Made by a program: the position numbers and the translations under genes. Shown in pieces: positions 12,025 through 23,108 of a stretch of DNA of 64,000 bases. Every line of letters begins with the position of its first letter. Within the stretch, counting starts at the first letter, position 1. Under the pieces are notes generated by a model that ran no database searches, was not told the origin of the DNA, and was given only the letters and a program-made list of their open reading frames with translations. This DNA comes from Enoplolaimus lenunculus (Eukaryota): positions 1 through 64,000 of the forward strand of contig JASANG010003582.1 of the NCBI GenBank assembly GCA_030248215.1, in the 5' to 3' direction.

Positions 12025-14845
12025 TTAAATTTTGCGCCTGAATTCTTCTGAATTAGTGTAATTGCCGCACAGCGGGTGACCACAGTCATATTTTCCGAGA
12101 CAGAGTTTCAGACCATAGAAGTATTTTGTATCTTGCGAGTGCACTTCATGGTATCTTTGTATGTTTTGAGCAGAAATCAGTTGGTTCCATAAATCCGGAT
12201 GTTTTATTTTCTGAGCTTTTCTTTGTTCAGTGTTTGAGGACAAAAACGTCTTGACCAGTTTCTTTTTAAACGGTGTCTGTTCACCAAGCATCAGTGTTAT
12301 TGGTACGTTGTTGTACTTCACGCCTTGTACATGACTGATGTAAATGTTACCTGCCATTTCGCGATTTTCCTTTAATAATTGTGCTCCAGGTTTTGTTTCC
12401 CAAAAATTGTTATCGCCAACAGAAGTCGAAGGGCAATGAAACAACGTTTCCGCTTGTTTTAAACAGCCGTTGACTCTCTCCACATCATTTTTGTACGACC
12501 CGCCCGGATACCGAGTTGTAACAATTGTCATAAGCTGAGCTTTTTGTAGGTGAATTAGGGCTGTAAATAGCTTCACCTCTTTTTTGTTTGGTCCTTCGTT
12601 CGGGCCTCCGTCACGGCGGTACAACCAGACTAAAAACTGTTCAGGGTTTTCAATTGCTGAAGCTTCTACGTTCATATAATCCGTGTAATGCTGAGCAGCA
12701 CTTTTGTCATAAAGCCCTTTTGGCTTTACAATTCCGAACACTTTTAAGGGCTGCACACTTGTTTGTGGAACGAGATACGACGAAACCTGTATGCCAGAAG
12801 TATAAGGCGTTTGATAATCTACGCGTGTCCGTAATTTTTCTTCGCCTTCTAGGCATAACACCGGAAATTGGCAATGCGTAATCACAGTATCTGTTCTAAT
12901 TGCTGCAGCGTCATCGGAGTTGAACGTCACGGCGAACTTACATCGAGATTCCATGTAGTCTTTCAAATGATAAAAGGCGTCACTGAGATATTTGTCGACA
13001 GATTGCTTAACGCTGAATCCTCGTCGACTTCTTTTGAAACGGAGATCAATTTCGCTATAGTGACGGTGCACTAAATGTCTTAATTTCCGACGCTGGCAGC
13101 ATAAATAAAAAATTGTGCTTCGGGAAATTTTCTTGGGGGAATAAATTTTATTGAGATGTTGTTGAATTGTTTTAAATGTAACTTTGTGAGTGCGTTTCAG
13201 TCGCATACCTCGTCGGTAATAAGCAACCAATGAGCCGGTTTTTCGCCAACGATCTGCCCCCACATTGTTTTTTCGAACGAAGCTTTCTATGACAAGTCCA
13301 ATATTCGGAAACTTTTTTATATAGCGCGGTTCCGCGTTTGGTCTCAAGTATTTTTGTTCACGGAGCATGTTAAAAGTCAATATTTTCTGACGCTTAATGA
13401 ATCGAATTGTGGTTTGCTTCAACTTTTCAGCTGCCATGGCAATGTCATCATCAGAGCTACACAAGCCGATCATATGTGGTTTTGCCGAGCCGTCCAGCAT
13501 GCAATGCAGGGTAGGTTCGGGATACCCCAACCCTGAGACGAATTCTTTGATTTGCCTGGGAATATTTATTTGGTGGCGTTTGGCATATGTGAACACTTGA
13601 TAAAACAACACCCGTAATGCGAGACAATCACTGTTTCCAGCTGACTCTGCTATTTCGCTATTATTCAAATTCTTCATTCGTTTCAGTGCATACGAGAGTC
13701 TTGATATCTCTTGAAGTCTCATGCATGCGGTATAATCGAGCTCATGAATCAGCATTTTTATTTTTTCATCGGCTTTTTTGATGGCGTCATTCTGTTGATG
13801 AGGCACAATCAGACATATATCAGCATCTGTTGAAGTTTTAACGAGCATGGGTTGAAGAAGCTTCGGTGAATAATTCAGTTCTTTCACATAATCGATGATT
13901 CTTTTTGGCAAATCGACGTTGTTTTTGTTGGCATATTGTACCAAACGAAACATGATAATTCTTAGTGATACCATATCATCCCCCATCAATTTGTTTAACC
14001 GATTCCGAGCATTTGGAGTGGACTTTAAAATAGACGTCAATAGCTCCACATTTCCTGTAGCAGCATCGAGTGTTGGTTCAACTTGCGCATCAGTCCCGCA
14101 GGAAGTAGAATATGTGACGCTTCTGCCATACCCGCCGTTTGCGAGATATTCTATTTGTTGGTCAATGTATCTGATCAGTTGATCTTTTTTTAGACACGCA
14201 GTTGATTGTTTCGCCATTATTTCGTTATACTCTTGCTTCAGTTTTGATATCTTTTGCATATCTTCAAAAACACTGGCTTTTATTTCATTTGGACGATAGA
14301 TTCCAATTTTACGAAGATTACGTTCTGACAGATTGGTGGATTGTATAATCGCGAATTTAACAATTCGCTGCTGCCGTTGTTTCATTAGATCGCATAGGTT
14401 GCGAACAGTTTCGGCAGTGAGGTGAGTAAACCGATGTTTTATCGCAAGTTCTTCAGCAAGTTGCACTTTCGCCCTAACAATAGATATTGCCAAATTTACG
14501 TCAGTGAGTGGTGTTATCAGATAGATGTTGAGGGTTTTTTCATAGAAAACGGCTACGGGCAGCCGATTGAGCAAAAAATTGCAAGCGTCTCTGTTTCGAA
14601 AATAAACAGTAGGGCGACCATGTTGCCAGACACGTTGTACGGTTTCACCCGGGTTCTCCCAAATGTAAAATCCACATATAATGGTGTCGAATAAAATGTT
14701 GGACGGAGTTTTGAAAAACGTGCGTATCGCGTTGTACAGAAAACATTCCATTCTCTGCGATATAGTTGACACACGCCAAGCGGAACTTTCAAACCAACTA
14801 TTGATAGGCAACGTGTTCGCGGTTTCCAAGTGTTGTTTTCCAAAT
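12025..14845 (-). CDS. Large DDE transposase-like protein, Zator-like; main 2.8-kb exon
   Basis: 934-codon open frame; putative triad in FNSDDAAA, YRRDGGPNEGP and YPGGSYKNDVERVNG, resembling the DGGPDE / PGxSxxNxVER motifs of Zator/TP36-type transposases; HTH-like segment TFKTIQQHL...ISRSTIFYL upstream; AG acceptor at 14847/14846, so the TTG start is probably not the true start. Confidence 0.75.
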
Positions 14846-14902
14846 CTAAAGTATATATATCTTATGTACGTATATATATTTATAAATGTAACACATATAT
14901 AT

Positions 14903-15182
14903 CAGGGTGCAGCCGGAATTACAATTTACCGAAACTGGAACCGGAATTTAAAAAAATTACCGGAACTGAATCGTCAACGGGAAAGTAAAAAATACGTACA
15001 TGCCACCTAAAATTTACTTCTATTTTCTTTTTTGCTGTAGGGATATATCAAACCTTAGTTGAAAATAGGTATTCATTTTTGATCTGAAAAATTTCAGATT
15101 TTCCTCCTCTATGGAACTGAAATCTACATCGATGGTTGATCTTCGGTGATGGTCAAGGCACAGTATTTACACTAGCACCCTG
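14903..15182. mobile_element. Degenerate CAGGG hAT-type MITE
   Basis: cagggtgcagccgg ... ctagcaccctg with ccggaa subterminal repeats, in TA-rich site. Confidence 0.65.
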
Positions 15183-15586
15183 GTATATCTGTCTCAATAG
15201 TGCGATACATCGCCGCATTCTATGTCACAAACATGAAGAATCACGCTATGCGACAATGATTGAACCACTATCGGGATTGCGAAGAAACATAGGTATAGTT
15301 GTATTTGCACTAGACGTATTCATCGTCACAATAGCAATAATATCATGTCGTACTGCAGTCTATAAATGCCCGTATTCACCGTTATATTCACGTTACGTTA
15401 AGCATAGCAAACTGCCCGATTTCTAGAAGAGGGAACCCCACATTGCGGAGTGCGTGATGATTCATGCTGGTGAATGCAGTGTTTTTAACAGTCTTAAATA
15501 CTGTACCTACTTCAATTTGGCTATTTTATACGCGCGGAGCAATTCATCGGGCACACAAAAAAGTTTTCAGTTGTTTATAAAGCGCA

Positions 15587-15587
<1 letters not shown>

Positions 15588-15653
<66 letters not shown>
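15588..15653. repeat. (TA)n microsatellite
   Basis: Uninterrupted TA run. Confidence 0.95.
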
Positions 15654-15654
<1 letters not shown>

Positions 15655-15719
15655 GGATATATCTGTCCACGGAGGCACCGAATTTACGATTTAACTGATT
15701 ATATATACACGTATAAATC

Positions 15720-15875
15720 CATAGGCGCACGGAAGGGGGTCGGGGGCGGTCTTCATCTTCTTTTTGCTGTCAAGATGTCAACACAAAAATTACCTATAAA
15801 AAACATCCAATGATTTTGTAGCCTCAAAATTGTATAGAATCCGATCCCCTTTTCAAATTCCTGCGTACGCCCCTG
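15720..15875. mobile_element. Short MITE (CAGGGGCGTA-type ends)
   Basis: cataggcgcacggaagg ... cctgcgtacgcccctg imperfect TIRs. Confidence 0.5.
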
Positions 15876-18800
15876 TATGAATCCGTTGCAAGTTTGCCGG
15901 AAAAATTATTTAGAATGTTTCATCTCAATTTCAACAAAGCAAGCAAAGTGCTTTCAAATCCTGCAGTCGTCGGCCTTTTCAAAACCAAATCTGAATCGAT
16001 TCAGAACTTTCGATTTTTGTTTGAAACCTTTTGTTACCACAATTGTTGTCGCCCCAAAAGCTTCCGACATTGGTAAACAAAAAAACAAAAATGTTTATGT
16101 GTGATAAGTTTTTTGTGGGGGAGTTTTCAAAGTATCGGCAGTTTGTCAGCCGACAAAACCGGTCGCAACGCAGTGTCATTTAAGCAGACCTAATCTTAAG
16201 ACTTATAACTAAGCTTAACGCTAACTATATCCATGAGAATCAAAATATTGAGTAAAGAAGATTTTACACTATAAGTTGTGTCAGTCGCCGAATTGTTGGG
16301 CGACAAATTAGCGTGATATATATTGCTTTTAGCAACATACATTGGTACGTACTTGTGTAACTTTGATAAAAGCATGAGAAGTCTCCGTACTTTGTCGTGG
16401 CAATCACAGGCATTTGTGTCGACCTAGAAACAAACTGCATAAGTACGTACGCAACGTGCATACATGCTTATACGCATGTGTTGTGAACAACGGGCTTGAA
16501 TCTAGCTTGCTTATCTTTGTAAGTTTTTTGAATGCAATCTGTCATCCAAAATTCAGTCTGTAATATATCCTGCGTCACATAATTTTATCCTTTTTCCGGG
16601 TCAATGTTACTTTCAGGGCCGCAGCAGAAGATCAAGCATACGTACTCCTAAGCCTAAGCCTATGGCCAACTAAAACTTTAGTCTAAAAGTAAAAGTAACA
16701 TGGACTTTTTTGTATCGTGAACGTGTTTAATGTTTACTACGAAGGATGCTGGATATCCTGTTCCGGTTTAGTATTACGGGCAAAGCATGGACATCAGCAT
16801 CCGGTATCAATTCACGGCATAAACTTTACTGGATACCGGATATTTACCGCTGTCATGAATAACTTGAAAGCAGTTTTTAAATGTTGAAATATTAGACATT
16901 TTGGTGTAGCGCAGTTAGGTGTATACTCTAGCTAACTTTTAACAAAAGATCCAATTCAGTTTATATATAAATTCATTCATAAAATCTTACGCTGGATCGT
17001 TCAACTGATTCACGCATTGCCACCTGTGAGCAGCAATCATCGTCCGTAATAGTTGTTTCTGTAGTTTGCTGCGACATATTAACCGTTATGTAGGTAATCC
17101 AATGCGATGTAAAACGCAGTATATGTTTGTAACCAAGCGTTGATTTGTCACGAATAATTTTGCAACTTGTTAAATTTTGAAGAAGTCGCCGTAGTTGATC
17201 GCAAGACAATACAACTTTGTTTTAGGCACGTATATATTTTACTTCTGCTCGACATGAACACCGCGTACATTGCCCAACTCTTAACTGCAATACAGAAATC
17301 CATACCGATTAGTTTTGTTCAGGAATTTGGCAAATTCGCCGAGGTGTTGGTAATGCAGTATAGTAACGGGATACCTCATAGGTTGTTCGCTCATACACAT
17401 TTGTTATTGTTGTATGTTCGCTCATTATTGTTGTACGGCAAGATATTAATAATAAATAGACCGTTGATCAATATGTAGGTATATAAATTATATTTTATAA
17501 ATCGTGCTTAAAAGTTAGGTAAAAGTAAAGCTTATGCCGCTGTGTTCGGTTACGAGTGGCAACTATGGCACTTGTAGGGTTGTCGAATTACAAACCAATA
17601 AACAAGTACACTAAGTCTCGTGCCGTGAAATTCTGCCTGCAAGGGAAGCATAAAATGCACTTCACGGCTACCAAACTTTAGTGTTATGCTCACGGTCTTC
17701 ACAGATCCAGAGTTTATTTTCACAGTATATTCAGGGTGGAACACAAATTCTACCATAACGTGTTATTTTATATTTCATTATATCAGTATATATACTCAGT
17801 ACCTGTCGATAATTTGTGACCTTCCAACTTGAATATGGTCGTTCAGTATATTGTCTGATTTTATGTATTAAAGGACTGGAATATACGTAGCTTAGGATTA
17901 TGCTTGACTATGTAGGTTTATAAAATACGAGTTGTTTTCGAACGCTGAAATGCCGTAAATTCACATGACGGGATATAAACCAGTCGCTCTAAAATGAGTA
18001 TGCCGACTATTTCTTGATTTTAAGCCCATTTGGTTGGTGCTGGTTGAACGTTAAATTTTAAGGCTAATAACCTTTTATGTTACGAATTTTACTTCGCGTT
18101 TTACACTCCTGGCAACCAGATGCTCGACAATTGGTTTTTATTCGGCGACTCAGCAAGAGCGTCCACACCGGGCATTAGAGGGCCGTGCACCCTCCCAAAT
18201 TTGGCTGGTGCCTCCAAAACTCTGGTTAAACGTAACAATCTTGAATTGCAATTGTAGGGACACCCTAAACTTATTCGATGCACCCTTGAAATATACTTTT
18301 CAGTGGACCCCCCTTCGGTTCAGACAGACGAACTTTTCCGTTTCAAAAACTATACGAGAAACGGCCCGTGTACTTTTTAGGGGCGTTTAGCTTCTGGTGG
18401 TTCTATATATTAAACGAGTAAGTTTGGATTCTAAATTAGATTTTTTGCTTTAAAGTTTAGGCTTGGGCCCGACAAACAAACGAAAAATCTACTATAAAAA
18501 CACATTTAGGCTTGATGCATATCGCATACAGAAAAAGTGCATGCAGAAGAGGTCGGATAAAGTAAAAACGGTTTCTATCTAAATTCTAATCTAAATTTGG
18601 AATAAAATCCTTTTCTTTCAGGGTAAAGACCCGCTACGGCTGCTTTACGTTTTTCAAGAAACATACCGCTTTTAAACACTATGCGCTCCTTCCCTTTCAA
18701 CGTTTAATACAGCAGAACACAACACTGTTACACATTATGCATTAAAATACACACGTTTGCAAAAAGTATTTTACTAGTTTTTAAAAACACATTAAAACAT

Positions 18801-19787
18801 GTAAAAAAGCATTTTTATAAAAAAGACAAAGGTTGTGTGTTGTTTTTATGCACGTATAGTAGAAAACTAATGAAAACACGCAACTTTTTTGTGTTGCTTG
18901 TGGACAATTTTGGACCTAGTATACATTCCCCGCCCGAGCTCGGGAATAATAAATTGGCACTATTTTGGTTTTTAGAATTTAGATTTTAATTTGCGTCCTT
19001 TGTTTGGTATAAGTTTCTGTGCATTGTTCGCGTGGCGCTTTTTTGCTGTTCTCAATACCGTTGTATAAAAACTGAGGATCGCGTGAAGCTTAGTCATTTT
19101 CTTTCGAGGATGAACATAAGATTTTAAACAGTTTAATCAACTCGCAGAACTTGCTCTCTGTCAGTTACAGTGTTCAACGCCTCATTCTTTAAATATAGTA
19201 CACGTGCAGAAGAAAAGATCACAGAATTATGTTTGTAGAAACGTCACCAGGCTATAGGTTTTTAAGTTGAAGCACTTAAACACAAGTTAGCACGAAAACA
19301 AGATATAAAACCAACAACATCGGCACAAATACATCAACAACAGTTATGCACTTATTGATATACACGTAGACATAACAGGCAACACAAAAGAGCATAACGT
19401 AAAAATCAAAAATTAACCGTGATACAGGCACATCATTATACGGCACAGAGATACGATTTTTAACAGAAAAATAAAAAACAAACACTGTATCCCCTAAACT
19501 TGCAGTTAAAATTTATTTTTAAACAGTATAAAGGAACGTGTCTACGTATCTATCCAAAACTACGTACGTAGCTACGTTTTGTTGTCTAAACAAATTTGGC
19601 ACGATATCTTAAACATTCTTTTGATTAGGTCAATTTTTAGATTCGATGAAACTTTCAACTTTCACTCCATGACTTCATTGAACATAACATGCATTCAAAC
19701 AGAAGACGTCGCAATAGATAGGTATATAAGTATATTTGATGTTCAAGCAATGTTTCAGAATGCAATGCATTTAAAAATATATGGAAG

Positions 19788-20372
19788 CTAAACTGTTGGA
19801 AACATTTTCAATGTCCAGTTCCGGATTATTTTACACATATGCTGCCTCATACTAGGGATCAAATATTTTACTTGGCACGGATCGATTCCTAGAGCTAATG
19901 AAACTGCGTTTGCCGAGGCGAATACTCCACAGTCAATGAGATTCGTTTGTTTCTGCACAGTAAGTGGTTTTACTTCCAAAATTAAGCTTGGCGTTTCTTC
20001 GTCTGCCCCGTACAACTCATCCAGCTGACACGCTAGTTTTTCAGTTATTTTTGCATCGTATAAGCTATCAGCTAGATAAATAGACTTATTGAATCGAGCT
20101 GTAGCAACCCAATGATAGTGTCCGGTGTGTAGAATCTGAATATGGTCGCCATCTACTGGTCGGAAACGCCGCTGGCTATATAACGACGACTGAAATGGGA
20201 ACCCCAGATGGCAGCATATTAAACGCTGTATCCAATCAATTGATAGATCGTCTACAGCCAAGCCAGCCATAATATCCATCTTCATCTTTTTATACTCGGC
20301 TACTGACGGTGCCCCGACCAACAATCTGTATGCATCATCCATTTTAAAGATATCAATTTCATTCGCGTGGAC
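19788..20372 (-). CDS. Ulp1/SENP-like (clan CE, C48) cysteine protease domain, terminal exon or single-exon gene
   Basis: IQILHTGHYHWV (His), IYLADSL (Asp), QKQTNLIDCGVFA (oxyanion Gln, Cys); frame open from AG acceptor 20374/20373. Confidence 0.85.
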   Translation of the reverse strand, partial: VHANEIDIFKMDDAYRLLVGAPSVAEYKKMKMDIMAGLAVDDLSIDWIQRLICCHLGFPFQSSLYSQRRFRPVDGDHIQILHTGHYHWVATARFNKSIYLADSLYDAKITEKLACQLDELYGADEETPSLILEVKPLTVQKQTNLIDCGVFASANAVSLALGIDPCQVKYLIPSMRQHMCKIIRNWTLKMFPTV

Positions 20373-21206
20373 CTAAATTTATGCAAGACAAGAATGAAAA
20401 CCGATTGACTTATTGCTTAGAAACCAAGAACATATAGTTCTTTGTATTTAGAAAACTATGCCCAATTAACCACTACCTATATACCTTACATTTGCGATTT
20501 ATTGTATAGGTTAGTCTTACAAACTAGGTTTACCTAGGCATAAAAGAAAACAACACAGTAACATATACATTAGCTATATGTCACAGAACGATCTTATTCT
20601 GACTAATTGCTAATTGGCATAGGACAATCTGCCACCTGAGCAAATAGCAGTATCCGCTATTTGTTCAGAATGGCATCACAATTCGTCGCTCGAGAACTCG
20701 TCGACCGACACTTTGTGATCAGAACTTTACCGACGCGACAACTGATAATCCATCGTTATGTTTAGGCAGGCATTGGTTTATGCCGACACTTAGGACTATG
20801 CTTAGATTTTTATTCATAGACTTTAGGACACTGTTGGGCTACAAGCTGCTGAGGGACGGATTGTCGTAGATTTGTCAAGAACTAAGCCAGATAGCAATTG
20901 TGAGATGTGGCTAAACAGCAGGATATATATTACAACCAACGCCGATTGCTTATCATTATTTTCATTTTACAAGATTAAACCATTAAATTTGATTGGATAC
21001 AAAGTTCAGTAGCCTTAGTCTGGGCCAAACTGCTTTTAATACATGAAATAGCACGTTGGACAGGGCCAATTAATAATTAAATTGGATGGCAGATTGGCCT
21101 ACATTATTATATACCTGCTACTTAGACGAATCCGATGTTGTAAACTGCGCAATTTTGGATTAGTTGCGTCAAATATATATACGCACAAAAATGTGCTTTA
21201 CAACTA

Positions 21207-21805
21207 TTACTGTTTTAGCCATGGAAAATCGTTAAGCGCTCGTGGACGCCAGTCTCCGTACGCATAAAGCAGTTCTTCCTCAGGTAAAACGTCTCGTAAC
21301 GCTTTGAACATTATACGTGGAACATTTTTGTGCAATATTAGAAAGGGCTCTATATTTTTACAAGTTTTTGAATGATTTATCAGTCTGCCAAGTCGCCCAT
21401 TATCATGTGTCGCATCTATAGCCCAAGTCGTCTGAGTCACAGGATTCTTGAATTCAAATATATAGTTTCCCAGTCCTTTGCTACCATACTCTTTTTCTCT
21501 GTCTCTGGCAACACGTTTTGAAACTAGGTCTCCTGCATACTCTAAGATAACAGTGCCACTGGGAATAAATATCTTCGTTTTCACCCCTTTACCCACTTCA
21601 TCATTTGCATGGTTAAAGATGCATAAATAGTTAGGATCGCTATTAATAATTGAATCATCCACAGTACAGCAATTGTGAATCGTGCGATGAGAAAATTCAT
21701 TTTGGCACTTGCGTCGAGTTCTGCTTACCATAAAGTTTTCCCATGGTGTTTCTCGATGCACGATACTACTTTTGTATGAGGCAATCATATGAGCAGATTT
21801 TGATT
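21207..21805 (-). CDS. SET-domain lysine methyltransferase, PR-Set7/SETD8(KMT5A)-like; last exon of a multi-exon gene
   Basis: GKGV, LEYAGDL, IDAT...GRLGRLINHS, ELLYAYGD...PWLK C-terminus typical of SETD8; tttctttcag phase-1 acceptor. Confidence 0.9.
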
Positions 21806-22435
21806 CTGAAAGAAATATATAGCTGAAAGTTACAGCAAGATAAACCTTAAGTAATTTCAGCGTTCAGTTCTAAGATTTATAACACAGAACTTAGCCCGTA
21901 TTTTCAAACGTGTGTATGTAGTACCTACCAGTGAGTGTACTCAAACAGCTGAACTGCAGCTGTTAAAATTTGAATTGTGCATGATAGCGTACATGGGAGT
22001 TAATAAAAGTATACAAAATTCTAAATTTATTTTTGCGGTATGCGATGCTATATAGCATATTACTAGCTGGCGATGCGTGCTACACACCGTTGACAATACA
22101 GCCCCTGGATTCTAGAGACATAACTTAAATCCACCTTAGACTTAAGACAAATTCCAACTGTAAGATGGGCAACTAACTAAACTTAAATGTTAAACAATTT
22201 GCCAAGATTACAGTCCTCATTTGAGTATTTATATATCTCACTGCAAAATAGCACTTGAAACTGCAAATTATTAAAAGTCAAATCTAAGCCTAAGTCGAAA
22301 TGATCCTTACGTCATGCTTCTGCAACGCAGCCATTGTAATGTTTAGTATATATAATACATATCTATGCAGTCGTCACATTTTGTATATATGGCTTCAATT
22401 CCATAGCCATATAACGCTATGTAACCGACTTTTCG

Positions 22436-22615
22436 GCCATGTGACTTCTAGGGGCGTCCAGGTTTCCGGTGGGTCTATAAATGAGTAGGTTTAGAATCTA
22501 GATTACTTTATGTTGCTTAGGCATAGGCATAGGCTTAGGCTTAGGCTTAGGCTTAGGCTTAGGCTTAGGCTTAGGAATACGCTTAATCTACTGTTACGCC
22601 CCAAAAGTATTGGCC
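22436..22615. mobile_element. GGCC-ended short element with internal (TTAGGC)n
   Basis: ggccatgtgacttctaggggcgt ... acgccccaaaagtattggcc inverted ends; ~9 TTAGGC/ATAGGC units; many related copies in window. Confidence 0.85.
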
Positions 22616-23108
22616 AAAAATTATTGATCTGTATTGAATTTTATTACCTTGATCTTCCAATATATCGGTTTGCAAGTTTGAAATGTCTTTCAATTTTCGT
22701 TTTCTACTGGTTTTGGATGAACAAATCTGCTGACTTGAATTTAGCGCTGAAATATAAAAATTAAATGTAATGTCGTCGTAGCTCAAGACTGATTTTATGT
22801 TTGATCCGGCAATTGCTTATAAAATTCCGCTTGGATAATTGTCTGATGTTCTGCAATTTGGCTTGCTGAACAGATGAAAGAGAACAACGTATGTAGAAAT
22901 ACTGAGCTATACATCGGACTGGAAATGAATTGTTAGCACAATCTGGTTTCTCAAAGCGCGTGGGTATCAACGTCAGTTATATTTGGCAAACAATTATTCG
23001 TTTAAAACACACGAATATTGTTTTATTATAAATATATACGTTTATATACTATACATTCATGCTAAAGTATAATATCAAAACATGTTTCATGTTTACATAC
23101 GTATATAC

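Noticed and set aside
11917..15182. Flanking CAGGG repeats as TIRs of the transposase
   Set aside because: Each is a self-contained MITE (left copy has its own 8-bp TSD) and transposase exons continue beyond it
15454..15813. 119-aa ORF with IYIY run (likewise 34080-34412 and the RLRL ORF at 22510)
   Set aside because: Artefacts of (TA)n or (TTAGGC)n repeats
22516..22575. True telomere or interstitial telomere from chromosome fusion
   Set aside because: Short run enclosed by the inverted ends of a dispersed element present many times
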